Below, one piece after another: positions 1 to 9,293 of a stretch of 64,000 nt of DNA (within the stretch, counting starts at the first letter, position 1; each line of letters opens with the position of its first letter). The position numbers and the translations under genes were made by a program. The notes under the pieces are model-generated. The model was not told the origin of the DNA and searched no databases. It saw nothing but the letters and a program-made list of their open reading frames with translations. The DNA lies in NCBI GenBank assembly GCA_963826785.1, contig CAWGYD010000005.1:320001-384000 (forward strand). The letters are read 5' to 3'. The stretch is from an uncultured delta proteobacterium (lineage in GTDB: Bacteria; Desulfobacterota; Desulfobacteria; Desulfobacterales; Desulfosalsimonadaceae).

Positions 1-123
1 AGGCCTAATCCCCTCGGGAGGAAAAAATTTGATCGTAATTTCAAGGCCTAATCCCCCCTTGATGGGGAAATTTGATCGTAATTTCAAAGCTTAATCCCCC
101 GTGATGGGGAAATTTTCAATAAC
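1..123. repeat. 43-bp tandem repeat (about 2.8 units, may extend left of the window)
   Basis: Units start at 1, 44 and 87 (aggcctaatcccc...aaatttgatcgtaatttca). Each carries a degenerate CCCC-ttga-GGGG hairpin related to the REP-like element at 124-159. Confidence 0.8.
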
Positions 124-159
124 TAATCCCCCCTTGAGGGGGGGCAGGGGGGGTGTCCC
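124..159 (+). repeat. REP-like G/C-tract palindromic element
   Basis: taatccccccttgagggggggcagggggggtgtccc. The same element recurs at 1170-1200 (inverted), 1301-1335, 1461-1495 and 1680-1717. Confidence 0.85.
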
Positions 160-294
160 GGCGGCGGCCGTTACGATTCAAAAGTTCCTTCCTGTAAAAA
201 CACCGCGCAGCGGGGACGGGAGCTTTTTAAGAGGCGGGGATAAGTCATTGTTGATATCTCCGTCAGGGGCGGGCTTGGTGCTGCAGGAAACATT

Positions 295-1066
295 TTACGG
301 TCGGCGGGACTTTCCTTCATCAAATGACTTCTTCCCATACCAGTTGATCTGGCGGCATATGCCCCTGATGATGCTGACCTCCCGGGGCCCGCAGGGGATA
401 GCGTGAAAAGAAAAGCCGGATTTTATTCATCCAGTAGTCCGGGTTTTCCGGGTTAATGTAGTTGATTTTCACCAGGACGTCTTTGAGTTGTTCGTACATG
501 CCGTCTAATTCATGGCGGCTGGCCAGGCGGGGAAGAAAATCGGATTTGCGAACCTGGCCGGCCTGAAACAGTTCGTAGCAGATGATCATCACGGACTGGG
601 CCAGGTTGATGGAAGAGAACTCGGCCGTGGGAATGTTGACCAGGCAGTGGCACTGCCGGATCTCTTCATTGGTCAGCCCACGGTCTTCGGGGCCGAAAAC
701 CACGGCGATGCGGTTATTTTCGGAAATGGATGAAAGGTGTTCGGCCAATACGGCGGGTTTGAGGATCAGCTGGCGCTGGGAACCCAGTCGCGCGGTGGTT
801 CCGACCACGTAGTTGAAGGCGGCCAGTGCGGTCTCCAGGTTATCCTGAACGGATATGGCATTGACCATATCGGCTGCCGCATGGGTGGCCAGCCGGTAGA
901 TGGCTTCCGGATCAAATCGCTCCGGGTCCACGACCGTCAGGTGCGAAAACCCCATATTCTTAATCGCGCGTGCAGCAGACCCGATATTTTCCGGGTAACG
1001 GGGCCGGTGCAAAACGATGGTGATCTGATCCAGTTTCAGAGCGTTTTTCATGATTTTGGGATACAT
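295..1066 (-). CDS. trmJ: TrmJ/TrmH-family SPOUT RNA methyltransferase (apparent +1 frameshift near the 3' end)
   Basis: PENIGSAARA, VFGPEDRGL and SINLAQSV SPOUT motifs. Removing one C near 385 restores the typical tail RAREVSIIRGICRQINW, ending at TAA 295-297. The ORF as given ends at 320. Confidence 0.85.
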
Positions 1067-1169
1067 TTGGGGGCAGTTTTAAGCCTGCCCGTGTTCGTGT
1101 GGTATTAACTGAAAATCAGTAATATTTCAGTGGTCTGAAAAAAGCGATATATCAATGGCAAAGCGCTTC

Positions 1170-1730
1170 ACACCCCCCTGGCCCCCCTCAAGGGGGGAAT
1201 CATTCTCTATACTGACGATTACCCACACATGACGACGGGGATGAATTGGCATGGGTGCAAAGACTCGATTTAATTTATAATTAATTGTTCATCGCCTTTT
1301 AATTCCCCCCTTGAGGGGGGCAGGGGGGTGTCCCCGCGCCGGTCATCTCAAGGGGGGAATCATTCTCTATGCTGACGATTACCCACACATGACGACGGGG
1401 ATGAATTGGCATGGGTGCAAAGACTCGATTTAATTTATAATTAATTGTTCATCGCCTTTTAATTCCCCCCTTGAGGGGGGCAGGGGGGTGTCCCCGCGCC
1501 GGTCATCTCAAGGGGGGAATTATTCTCTATACTGACGATTACCCACACATAACGACGGGGATGAATTGGCATGGGTACAAAGACTCGTTATCAATTTACA
1601 ATTGCAAATTGATAATTCGCAATTCACAATAAATTGTTCATCATGATCATGGAAAAAATTAAGAGGTGCCTCCCCATTAAATTCCCCCCTTGAGGGGGGG
1701 GCAGGGGGGGTGTCCCCACGCCGGTCATCT
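1170..1730. repeat. 160-bp tandem array of inverted REP-like pairs (3 units, the third expanded)
   Basis: aggggggaat recurs at 1191, 1351 and 1511 (exact period 160). Units 1 and 2 are nearly identical. 1170-1200 is the near reverse complement of 1302-1331. Confidence 0.9.
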
Positions 1731-1732
1731 CG

Positions 1733-2626
1733 CTAAACGAATACGGTTTCCAGAAATTCCATGAAGGCGCGGCACAGCGGGGAAGGGGTGCGGTCCTTGT
1801 GAACGGTCAGATAAAAGTGCCGCTTGAGATCGAGTCCCCGGATGGCCAGGGATTTTAATTTATTCTCAGCCAGATCTTCTTCCACCGCAATGGGGGATAG
1901 AATCGATACGCCCAGATGGTGCTTGATTCCTTGAATGACCGCTGCGGTGCTCCCCATTTCCGCGATGATATTCAAGCCCTCCAACGTCGAATCCGATCGG
2001 GAGAAGCTGTCCTGGATCGATCGAAGCGTTCCCGATCCACTTTCCCGGATAATGAACGGCTCGGTCTTCAACATGGAGATATCGATTTCTGAGCGATCCG
2101 CCCATTTATGATCAGATGGAATGATCAGGCGCAACGTGTCTTCGATCAATTCTTTTTGAATCGTATTCGGGCTGTCTGTTTTTGCTCCCACGATGCCCAT
2201 TTCCAGCTTGTAGGCCAGGATTTCCTCGATAATCTGGGCCGTATCCCCGATTTTTAGCGATATGTTTACGTTCTGGTGTTCATTGACGAACCGGCCGATA
2301 ACTGGCGGAAGGATATAGCCGCCGGGGATGGTGCTGCCGCCGATGGTCAGGCGTCCGCTGATTTTTCCCAGAAACTCGTTCATGGCCGATTCGGTTTCCT
2401 GGAAAAGGGTGCTGATCCGCGTGGCATAAGCGTACAGCAATTCGCCAGCCTTGGTGGGCAGGGCCTGCTTTCCTAAGCGGTCGATCAACTGACACCCGAA
2501 ATAGTTCTCCAGTTCCTTGATATGGCTGCTGATGGTCGGCTGAGTCAGATTCACCGCCTTGGCCGCTTTTGAAAAGCCCTTCAGTTCGACGACTTTTTGA
2601 AATATTTTCAGGTGCCACAGGTCCAT
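1733..2626 (-). CDS. LysR-family regulator (selenium-metabolism-associated type)
   Basis: MDLWHLKIF...FSKAAKAVNLTQPTISSHIKELE HTH plus a CysL-like IIRESGSGT effector domain. Divergent from yedF. Start taken as ATG 2626. Confidence 0.85.
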   Translation of the reverse strand: MDLWHLKIFQKVVELKGFSKAAKAVNLTQPTISSHIKELENYFGCQLIDRLGKQALPTKAGELLYAYATRISTLFQETESAMNEFLGKISGRLTIGGSTIPGGYILPPVIGRFVNEHQNVNISLKIGDTAQIIEEILAYKLEMGIVGAKTDSPNTIQKELIEDTLRLIIPSDHKWADRSEIDISMLKTEPFIIRESGSGTLRSIQDSFSRSDSTLEGLNIIAEMGSTAAVIQGIKHHLGVSILSPIAVEEDLAENKLKSLAIRGLDLKRHFYLTVHKDRTPSPLCRAFMEFLETVFV

Positions 2627-2670
2627 CGCAGATCCCGCCTTAATTTTAATATTTGAGAAAGAACAACGTT

Positions 2671-2802
2671 GATGAACCCGCAAAAAGTCGGATTTTACGC
2701 TTTTGTCATTCCGGCGGAGGCCGGAATCTACTACAAACTAAGCTGGTTATAGACTCCGGTTTTCACCGGAGTGACGAACTTCGGACTTTTTACGGATTCA
2801 TC
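2671..2802. mobile_element. 132-bp MITE copy 1
   Basis: 19-bp imperfect terminal inverted repeats GATGAACCCGCAAAAAGTC / GACTTTTTACGGATTCATC, flanked by a direct AACGTT duplication (2665-2670 and 2803-2808). Second copy at 36856-36987. Confidence 0.85.
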
Positions 2803-2987
2803 AACGTTATTTGGCGGCATGTATTGCCGCAGACTCGACCACCATACGAATTTTATTAAAAAATTCAATACAAAATACCAAATGATCGAAATTTACAATT
2901 TGATTATTTGATATATTGCTTATATTTCAGAAAATATGACTATCCAGGAAATAATACAATCCTTCCTATCTCTGAAAGGGTATCCAC

Positions 2988-3592
2988 ATGTCTGAAATAG
3001 ACGCGCGCAAGATGGCTTGCCCGGCGCCGGTGCTCATGGTCCGGGAGGCGGTGGAAAATCAGCATCCTGCCGTTATACAGGTGATTGTCGACAACGACGC
3101 CGCCCGGCAGAATGTTTCAAGATTTTTGCAATCAAGATCCTACACGGTGCAAACAGAAGCCCGGGACTCGGAATTTAAAGTCACCGGCAGGCGGGGTGAA
3201 GAAGCGTCCGACCAGCCGCGGGACCAGGGAGTAAGAGGCGAAAAACCAGATGCGCGGCAGAAAATCATGGTCATGATCGCCACCGACCGGATCGGATATG
3301 GCGATGCGGAACTGGGCCGGAAGCTGATGGTGAATTTCATTAAAACCCTTAAGGAAATGGGGGCGGACCTGTGGCGGCTGGTCATGGTCAACAACGGGGT
3401 CAAACTCGCCGTTGCCGGATCGGAAGTGATCGATGATTTAAAAACCTTGAGGAAAATGGCGTTTCCATTCTGGTCTGCGGCACCTGCCTGACCCATTTCA
3501 ATCTGCTCGATGCCAAACAGGTGGGGGAAACCACCAACATGCTCGATATCGTCACCGCCATGCAGCTGGCCGAAAAAGTCATCAATATTTAA
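2988..3592 (+). CDS. yedF: Sulfurtransferase-like selenium metabolism protein YedF (TusA + DsrE-like domains), apparent -1 frameshift at about 3445
   Basis: IDARKMACPAPV TusA motif and GDAELGRKLM. Adding one base restores LEENGVSILVCGTCLTHFNLL...VGETTNMLDIV...VINI* ending at TAA 3590-3592. Confidence 0.85.
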
Positions 3593-3869
3593 AGTCAAAG
3601 ATCAGGTTCTTATCCTTTAACTACTGTTATTTATCGCTATCGTTTTTGCCATCGTCAAAGTGATCTGCCGATTTTGGCAGGTGCTTCCTGCCAATCCCAA
3701 ACATGGGCCCGCGCTTTGAGCCCTCCCGTCGTGCCGTGATGAGAAGTGGATCGTTGCGATACGTTTTTGTATCGTTTTGCGTCGAACCGTGCTTATAATT
3801 ACGGGAAATACCATCCGCATCCGTGCAGCAGCTTAAACTCTGCCGGGTTTTGCGCCAAGAGTGCTGCTC

Positions 3870-3885
3870 TGGCATGGAATTTGTA
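3870..3885 (+). promoter_or_regulatory. Candidate sigma-54 promoter (variant -12)
   Basis: TGGCAT-GGAAT-TTGTA has correct spacing but GT instead of GC. A palindrome CGATAC-N6-GTATCG lies upstream at 3757-3774. Confidence 0.4.
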
Positions 3886-3911
3886 ACATTCGATTACAAA
3901 GGAATCTTCAA

Positions 3912-4889
3912 TTGAAGAATCGATTGTGTCAATTGCTCGGCATCCGCTATCCCGTCATCCAGGCCGGAATGGTCTGGGTTTCCGACTGGCGCCTGGCCTG
4001 CGCCGCCAGCGAAGCGGGCATTCTCGGAACCATCGGGACCGGGGCCATGTCGATGGAGGAGATCGGAGAAAACATAAAATCCATGAAAGCCGCCACCGAC
4101 CGGCCGTTTGCCGTCAATATTCCGCTTTTGCGGCCGGATGCGGTCGAACTGGTCGAGTTCTGCCAGAAAGAAAAGGTGAGCATTTTCATCACTTCGGCCG
4201 GAAATCCCCAGAAGCTTGCCGACATCATCAAGTCATCCAAAAACATCTGGATACATGTGGTCCCGTCAGTCCGAGGGGCGCAAAAGGCGGTGGAAGCGGG
4301 TGCGGACGCGGTCATCGGGGAGGGGTACGAAGCCGGCGGGCATAACAGCCCCTATGAGATTACCACCCTGGCGCTGATCCCGCAGCTGGCCGATGCGGTG
4401 GAGGTCCCCGTGGCCGGGGCCGGCGGCATCGCCGACGGCAGGGGGATCGCCGCGGTGATGGCCCTGGGGGCGGATGGCGCCCAGCTGGGCACCCGGTTCA
4501 TCGCCACCCGGGAATGCCCGGCCCACGAGCACTATAAACAAATGATTGTTGAGGCCCTGGACCACGGCACATGCATCGTCGGTCGAAAACTCAATATGCT
4601 GCGGGTGCTGAAAAATGCATTTTCCGACACCATGGTTGAAGCGGAAAACCAGGGGGCGACCAGAGAAGCTCTTCTGGAGATCATCGGAAATGAATTCAAC
4701 CGGAATCGCGCCGCATCGCTTCTGGGGGACCTGGAGGAAGGCGCCTTTCAGGCCGGACAGTCCGCCGGTTTAATCCGGGACATTCCCACCGTCGCAGAGC
4801 TGGTCGAGCGGCTGATTGATGAATATGAACAGGCGAAAACATCCCTTCCATCCCTTGGCGGGTCTGCATCCGCCGATCCCCTGCATTGA
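3912..4889 (+). CDS. Nitronate monooxygenase / FabK-like FMN oxidoreductase
   Basis: YPVIQAGM, EGYEAGGH and AGGIADGRG...AQLGTRF motifs. TTG start at 3912 follows AAAGGA. Confidence 0.85.
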   Translation: MKNRLCQLLGIRYPVIQAGMVWVSDWRLACAASEAGILGTIGTGAMSMEEIGENIKSMKAATDRPFAVNIPLLRPDAVELVEFCQKEKVSIFITSAGNPQKLADIIKSSKNIWIHVVPSVRGAQKAVEAGADAVIGEGYEAGGHNSPYEITTLALIPQLADAVEVPVAGAGGIADGRGIAAVMALGADGAQLGTRFIATRECPAHEHYKQMIVEALDHGTCIVGRKLNMLRVLKNAFSDTMVEAENQGATREALLEIIGNEFNRNRAASLLGDLEEGAFQAGQSAGLIRDIPTVAELVERLIDEYEQAKTSLPSLGGSASADPLH

Positions 4890-4904
4890 ATCAGGAAAGG
4901 TTTT

Positions 4905-5507
4905 ATGATAAAGTACAACGGAATCAATCATCTGGCGCTTGCCACAAATGACATGGAAAAAACCATCCGGTTCTGGCGCGACCTCCTGGGGATGCGGCTG
5001 GTGGCGGGTCTGGGAGACAGCCGGTTCCGGCATTATTTTTTTGAAATCTCGGATACGGATCTGATCGCATTTTTTGAGTGGCCGGATGTGGAAAATATTG
5101 ATCTCAAGGATCACGGGGTGCCTGTCAGCGGGCCGCTGGCCTTCGATCATGTATCGGTCGGGGTGCGCGACGCAAAGAGTCTGTGGGAACTTAAAGACCG
5201 GCTGGAAGCGGCTGGATTCTGGGTTTCGGAGGTGATCGACCACGGCTTTATTCTCTCGATTTACACTTTTGATCCCAACCACATCGCCATTGAATTCAGC
5301 GTGGCGGTAGAGGGGGTGGATTTGCGAAAGCACCCGTTGATGAAAGACCGGCATCCGGCCATGGCCGCAAACGAAGGTTCGGAGCCTCAGCCAGGGCACT
5401 GGCCGGAAACAGTTCACTCAACTTCAAAGGATGAACAGGATATATTTCCCGGTGAAGGCGTTGTTTTCAGGGAATCAACAAGTCGATTTGAAAGGAAATC
5501 ATCATGA
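4905..5507 (+). CDS. VOC / glyoxalase-family protein
   Basis: GINHLAL...DMEKTIRFW, FDHVS and SIYTFDPNHIAIEF give the H/H/E metal-ligand pattern. Confidence 0.85.
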   Translation: MIKYNGINHLALATNDMEKTIRFWRDLLGMRLVAGLGDSRFRHYFFEISDTDLIAFFEWPDVENIDLKDHGVPVSGPLAFDHVSVGVRDAKSLWELKDRLEAAGFWVSEVIDHGFILSIYTFDPNHIAIEFSVAVEGVDLRKHPLMKDRHPAMAANEGSEPQPGHWPETVHSTSKDEQDIFPGEGVVFRESTSRFERKSS

Positions 5508-7183
5508 AATTAGTCGTTATCGGCGGGGTCGCCGGCGGGGCCACCGCAGCCGCAAGGGCCCGCCGGCTCAATGAAGAGGCACAAATCGTACTGTTTGAAA
5601 GAGGACCCTACATTTCTTTTGCCAATTGCGGCCTCCCCTACTACATCGGGGAGATCATCAAGGAGCGGGACAGCCTGCTGGTCACCACGGAGAAGATGTT
5701 TAGCGACCGGTATCGGGTCGATATCCGCAGCCGTTCGGAAGTGACCGCCATCGACCGCGAAAACAAGACGGTATCCGTTAAAAACCTGTCTGACGGGGAG
5801 ACCTATACGGAACCCTACGACCGGATTATCCTGGCGCCCGGGGCCGAACCCATCCGTCCGCCCCTGCCGGGCTTCGATCTGGATCGCATTTTCCAGCTCC
5901 GGAACATACCGGACACCGACCGGATCAAGGCATATGTGGATCAGAACAAGCCGGGATCCGCAGTGATCGTGGGCGGCGGGTTCATCGGCCTGGAGATGGC
6001 TGAAAACCTGGTTCACCGGGGGGTGAAAACCACCATTGTGGAAAAGATGCCCCACGTGATGCCATCCCTGGATGAGGAAATGGCCGGCCTGCTGCAGGCG
6101 CATCTTACGGAAAAGGGGGTCGAATGCGTCACCAATGACGGGATTGCCGCATTTTCTGAAAAAGAGGGCATACTGTCCGTGACAACGGAAAGCGGCCGGG
6201 AAATTCAATGCGACCTGGTCATTTTATCGGTGGGGGTGAGGCCGGACACGAAGCTTGCCAATGCCGCGGGCCTCAAGATCGGCGAAACCGGCGGCATCTG
6301 GGTAGACCCCACCATGCGGACATCGGACCCGGACATCTATGCGGTGGGCGACGCCGTTGAAATCCATGATTTCATCACGGGCGGAAAAACACTGGTTCCG
6401 CTCGCCGGCCCCGCCAACAAACAGGCCCGTATCGCCGCGGACAACGTCATGGGCCGAAAAAGCGTGTACCGCGGTGCGTTGGGGAGCATGGTGGTCAAGG
6501 TGTTTGACCTGGTGGCGGCCTCCACGGGATGCACGGAAAAGAAGCTGCAAAACATGAAAATGCCCTACCGAAAAAGCATCACCCACTCCGGTTCTCATGC
6601 GGGCTATTACCCGGGTTCCCAGATGATGGCCATCAAGCTGATGTTTTCACCGGGAAGCGGCAAGCTGCTGGGCGCCCAGATCGTTGGGGCAGAGGGCGTG
6701 GACAAGCGGATCGACGTGATGGCCGCCGCCCTTCACGGGAACATGTCGGTATTTGACCTGGAGGAGTTGGAACTGGCCTATGCACCGCCCTATTCGTCGG
6801 CCAAGGACCCGGTCAATATCGCCGGGTATGTCGCCGCCAACCTGCTCAAGGGGGATATGGATGCGGTTTGCTGGGATGAAATCTGTGAATGCGACCCGAA
6901 TACAGAAGTGCTCCTGGACCTCCGAAATTCAGATGAACTCGAAGAAGTCGGCCGAATTGAGGGGGCACTGCACATCCCTCTGGCCAAACTCAGGGACCGC
7001 CTGGATGAACTGGATCCGGACAAGCGGTATGTTCCTTTCTGCGCAGTGGGCCTGCGGGGTTATGTGGGACATCGGATCCTGACCCAGCATGGTTTCGACT
7101 CGCGCAATTTATCCGGCGGATATAAAACCTATTCGCATGCCGGCAAAAAGAACACCAGCGGGAATAAAGCGCATAAGGCATAG
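5504..7183 (+). CDS. CoA-disulfide reductase with C-terminal rhodanese domain
   Basis: GGVAGG FAD site, SFANC redox Cys, GGGFIG NAD site, YAPPYS, and rhodanese CAVGLRG...NLSGGY. Confidence 0.9.
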   Translation: MKLVVIGGVAGGATAAARARRLNEEAQIVLFERGPYISFANCGLPYYIGEIIKERDSLLVTTEKMFSDRYRVDIRSRSEVTAIDRENKTVSVKNLSDGETYTEPYDRIILAPGAEPIRPPLPGFDLDRIFQLRNIPDTDRIKAYVDQNKPGSAVIVGGGFIGLEMAENLVHRGVKTTIVEKMPHVMPSLDEEMAGLLQAHLTEKGVECVTNDGIAAFSEKEGILSVTTESGREIQCDLVILSVGVRPDTKLANAAGLKIGETGGIWVDPTMRTSDPDIYAVGDAVEIHDFITGGKTLVPLAGPANKQARIAADNVMGRKSVYRGALGSMVVKVFDLVAASTGCTEKKLQNMKMPYRKSITHSGSHAGYYPGSQMMAIKLMFSPGSGKLLGAQIVGAEGVDKRIDVMAAALHGNMSVFDLEELELAYAPPYSSAKDPVNIAGYVAANLLKGDMDAVCWDEICECDPNTEVLLDLRNSDELEEVGRIEGALHIPLAKLRDRLDELDPDKRYVPFCAVGLRGYVGHRILTQHGFDSRNLSGGYKTYSHAGKKNTSGNKAHKA

Positions 7184-7320
7184 CCTTTTTGGATGGCTTT
7201 CGGCAACCTGCCGGGATAAGAGGAAATCGCCTGTGCCTCCGGCATTGACCGCTACGGGGATGATGATCATATTTATGGCTAAGACATAAAAAACACTCTA
7301 TTTCCGGAGGAGATCATTAC

Positions 7321-7756
7321 ATGATTGTCAGATGCGGAAAATGCGGGACCAAAAATCGGGTTGAAAAACACGGTGCGGGGTTGAAACCCGTCTGCGGCCG
7401 GTGCGGGGCCCCGCTGGTGGCGGCCGCCGCCCGGGGGAAGGTTGTGAAGGTGACCGACCAGGCGTTTCAGGCAGAGGTCCTTTCTGAAAAAGGGCCGGTG
7501 CTGGTGGACTGCTGGGCGCCCTGGTGCGGCCCGTGTCAGACGGTGGGGCCGGTCATGGACCAGCTTGCCGCCCAATATGCCGGACGGCTGAAAGTGGCCA
7601 AGCTGAACGTCGATGAAAATCCGAAGAACTTCGGCCGCCTACACCATCCGCAGTGTTCCAACCCTGTTGTTCTTTAAAAATGGACAATTGAAACATACGG
7701 CGACCGGGGCGCTCCCCAGGCACGAAATCGAACGGCACCTTGCAACAATCATATAA
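7321..7756 (+). CDS. trxC: Thioredoxin TrxC-type (Zn-finger + WCGPC), apparent +1 frameshift at about 7627
   Basis: CGKC...CGRC zinc motif and WAPWCGPC. Removing one A restores [13 protein letters not shown]...GALP...* ending at 7756. Confidence 0.85.
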
Positions 7757-7806
7757 TCTCACATATAATCTCATACTTTAGTTCAACCCCAGCGAGGAGG
7801 AAAAGA

Positions 7807-8280
7807 ATGCCCAAAAAAATCTTAGTTGCTCTGGATGACTCGGAAAACGCCATGCGTGCAGTGAATTTCGTATCCCGATACTTTGCGCCGGACAGCGAAG
7901 TGACGCTGTTTCACGTCTTTCAGGATACCCAGTCCCTGTGTTCGCTGCAGAGCCCCGAACTCATCCCGTACTTTCTGGAGCAGCAGAGCGCTTTCTGTTC
8001 CCTTGAAAACAAGAAGCGCGAAATCATGGACACCTCCATGGAGCGGGCCAAGAACGCGCTGATCGGCTGCGGATTCGAAAGCTCGCAGGTGCATGTGAAA
8101 CCGGCCACGGCAGAGCAGGGCATTGCCAGGGATATTATCGCAGAAGCCCGGAACGGGCATTACGAGGTGGTGGTGCTGGGGAAGAAGGGGCATTCCGGCA
8201 TCAAGGAATTTTTTCTGGGAAGCGTTACCCAGAAGGTGATCAATGGAGTGAAAAATGCTTCCGTATTGATGGTGGACTGA
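7807..8280 (+). CDS. Universal stress protein
   Basis: KILVALDDS N-terminus and VLGKKGHSGIKEFFLGSVTQKV motif. Confidence 0.9.
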   Translation: MPKKILVALDDSENAMRAVNFVSRYFAPDSEVTLFHVFQDTQSLCSLQSPELIPYFLEQQSAFCSLENKKREIMDTSMERAKNALIGCGFESSQVHVKPATAEQGIARDIIAEARNGHYEVVVLGKKGHSGIKEFFLGSVTQKVINGVKNASVLMVD

Positions 8281-8381
8281 CGTTTGCGAAGAACTGAACA
8301 TCATTTGCGGTGAGGCGTTTGGCCGCGGCCATCACGACATGTCGCGTGAGCGGCTCAATAAAATCGGCCGGAGGAGTTGCC

Positions 8382-9278
8382 ATGAATATTCTGATAACGG
8401 GGGGTTCGGGATTTGTGGGTACTTTTCTCACCAGGGAACTGCTGGGGAAGGGACACAAGGTCGTTGCGGTGGACGCGGTGCCGCCAAAAACCGCTTCTGA
8501 TCAGCCCCGGTTCCGTTTCGTGCGGGCCGACACCACCCGGCCGGGCGACTGGCAGGGCGGGGTGGCCGATGTCGATGCGGTGATCAACCTGGCCGGCAGG
8601 AATATTTTTCATTACTGGACAAAAAAATATAAAAAAGAAATTTATGACACCCGGGTTCTGACCACCCGAAACCTGGTGGATGCGCTTCCTGACAATCCAA
8701 AAGTGGTGGTATGCTCCACCTCTGCCGTGGGGTATTACGGCAGCCGGGGCGAGGCGGTCCTGGATGAGACGGCCGCCCCCGGGGATGATTTTCTGGCAAC
8801 CGTATCCATGGACTGGGAAGCAGAAGCCCTGCGGGCAAGGGAAAAGGGCGCGCGGGTGGTCCTGACCCGGTTTGGCATCGTCATGGGGCCCGGGGGCGGT
8901 GCATTGAAGCAGATGGTCCCGGCCTTCAAGTTTTTTCTCGGCGGGCCCCTGGGAGACGGCAGTCAGTGGTTTTCCTGGATCCAAATCGAGGATCTGGTGG
9001 GCGCGATGATATTTGCACTGGAACATGCCACCCTGGATGGCCCCGTAAATTTCTGCTCACCCGAACCGGTGAGAAACCGGCGCTTTGTCAAAGCCCTGGC
9101 CCATCAGCTCGGCCGGCCGGCATTTCTCCGGGTACCCGGGTTTGCCTTGCGCTTGGCTGCCGGGGAATTGGGCGAGGTGGTCCTGGGCAGTCAGCGGGTG
9201 GTTCCGTCCAAGCTGGATGCCGCCGGGTTTGAATTTAAATTTCCCCAAATCGAAGACGCCCTGCGCGTTTCCGTATAG
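8382..9278 (+). CDS. TIGR01777 (YfcH-like) NAD-dependent epimerase/oxidoreductase
   Basis: ITGGSGFVG, INLAG, SAVGYYG and GDGSQWFSWI. GGAGGAG RBS before ATG 8382. Confidence 0.9.
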   Translation: MNILITGGSGFVGTFLTRELLGKGHKVVAVDAVPPKTASDQPRFRFVRADTTRPGDWQGGVADVDAVINLAGRNIFHYWTKKYKKEIYDTRVLTTRNLVDALPDNPKVVVCSTSAVGYYGSRGEAVLDETAAPGDDFLATVSMDWEAEALRAREKGARVVLTRFGIVMGPGGGALKQMVPAFKFFLGGPLGDGSQWFSWIQIEDLVGAMIFALEHATLDGPVNFCSPEPVRNRRFVKALAHQLGRPAFLRVPGFALRLAAGELGEVVLGSQRVVPSKLDAAGFEFKFPQIEDALRVSV

Positions 9279-9293
9279 CGAAAGGAATCGGAT

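Noticed and set aside
101..406. ORFs crossing repeats (101-406, 2653-2859) and the 14-aa MTTGMNWHGCKDSI in the 160-bp units
   Set aside because: No RBS, sequence derived from repeats, and the frame is not preserved across units.
1..1730. CRISPR array
   Set aside because: Inter-repeat sequences are near-identical rather than unique spacers, the periods are 43 and 160 bp, and no cas genes are present.
2812..2830. sigma-54 promoter upstream of yedF
   Set aside because: GG-to-GC spacing is off by one. Better explained as a small hairpin gcggca/tgccgc.
3440..3455. Programmed frameshift in yedF (and trxC)
   Set aside because: No convincing slippery site with stimulator, and the same indel pattern hits unrelated genes.
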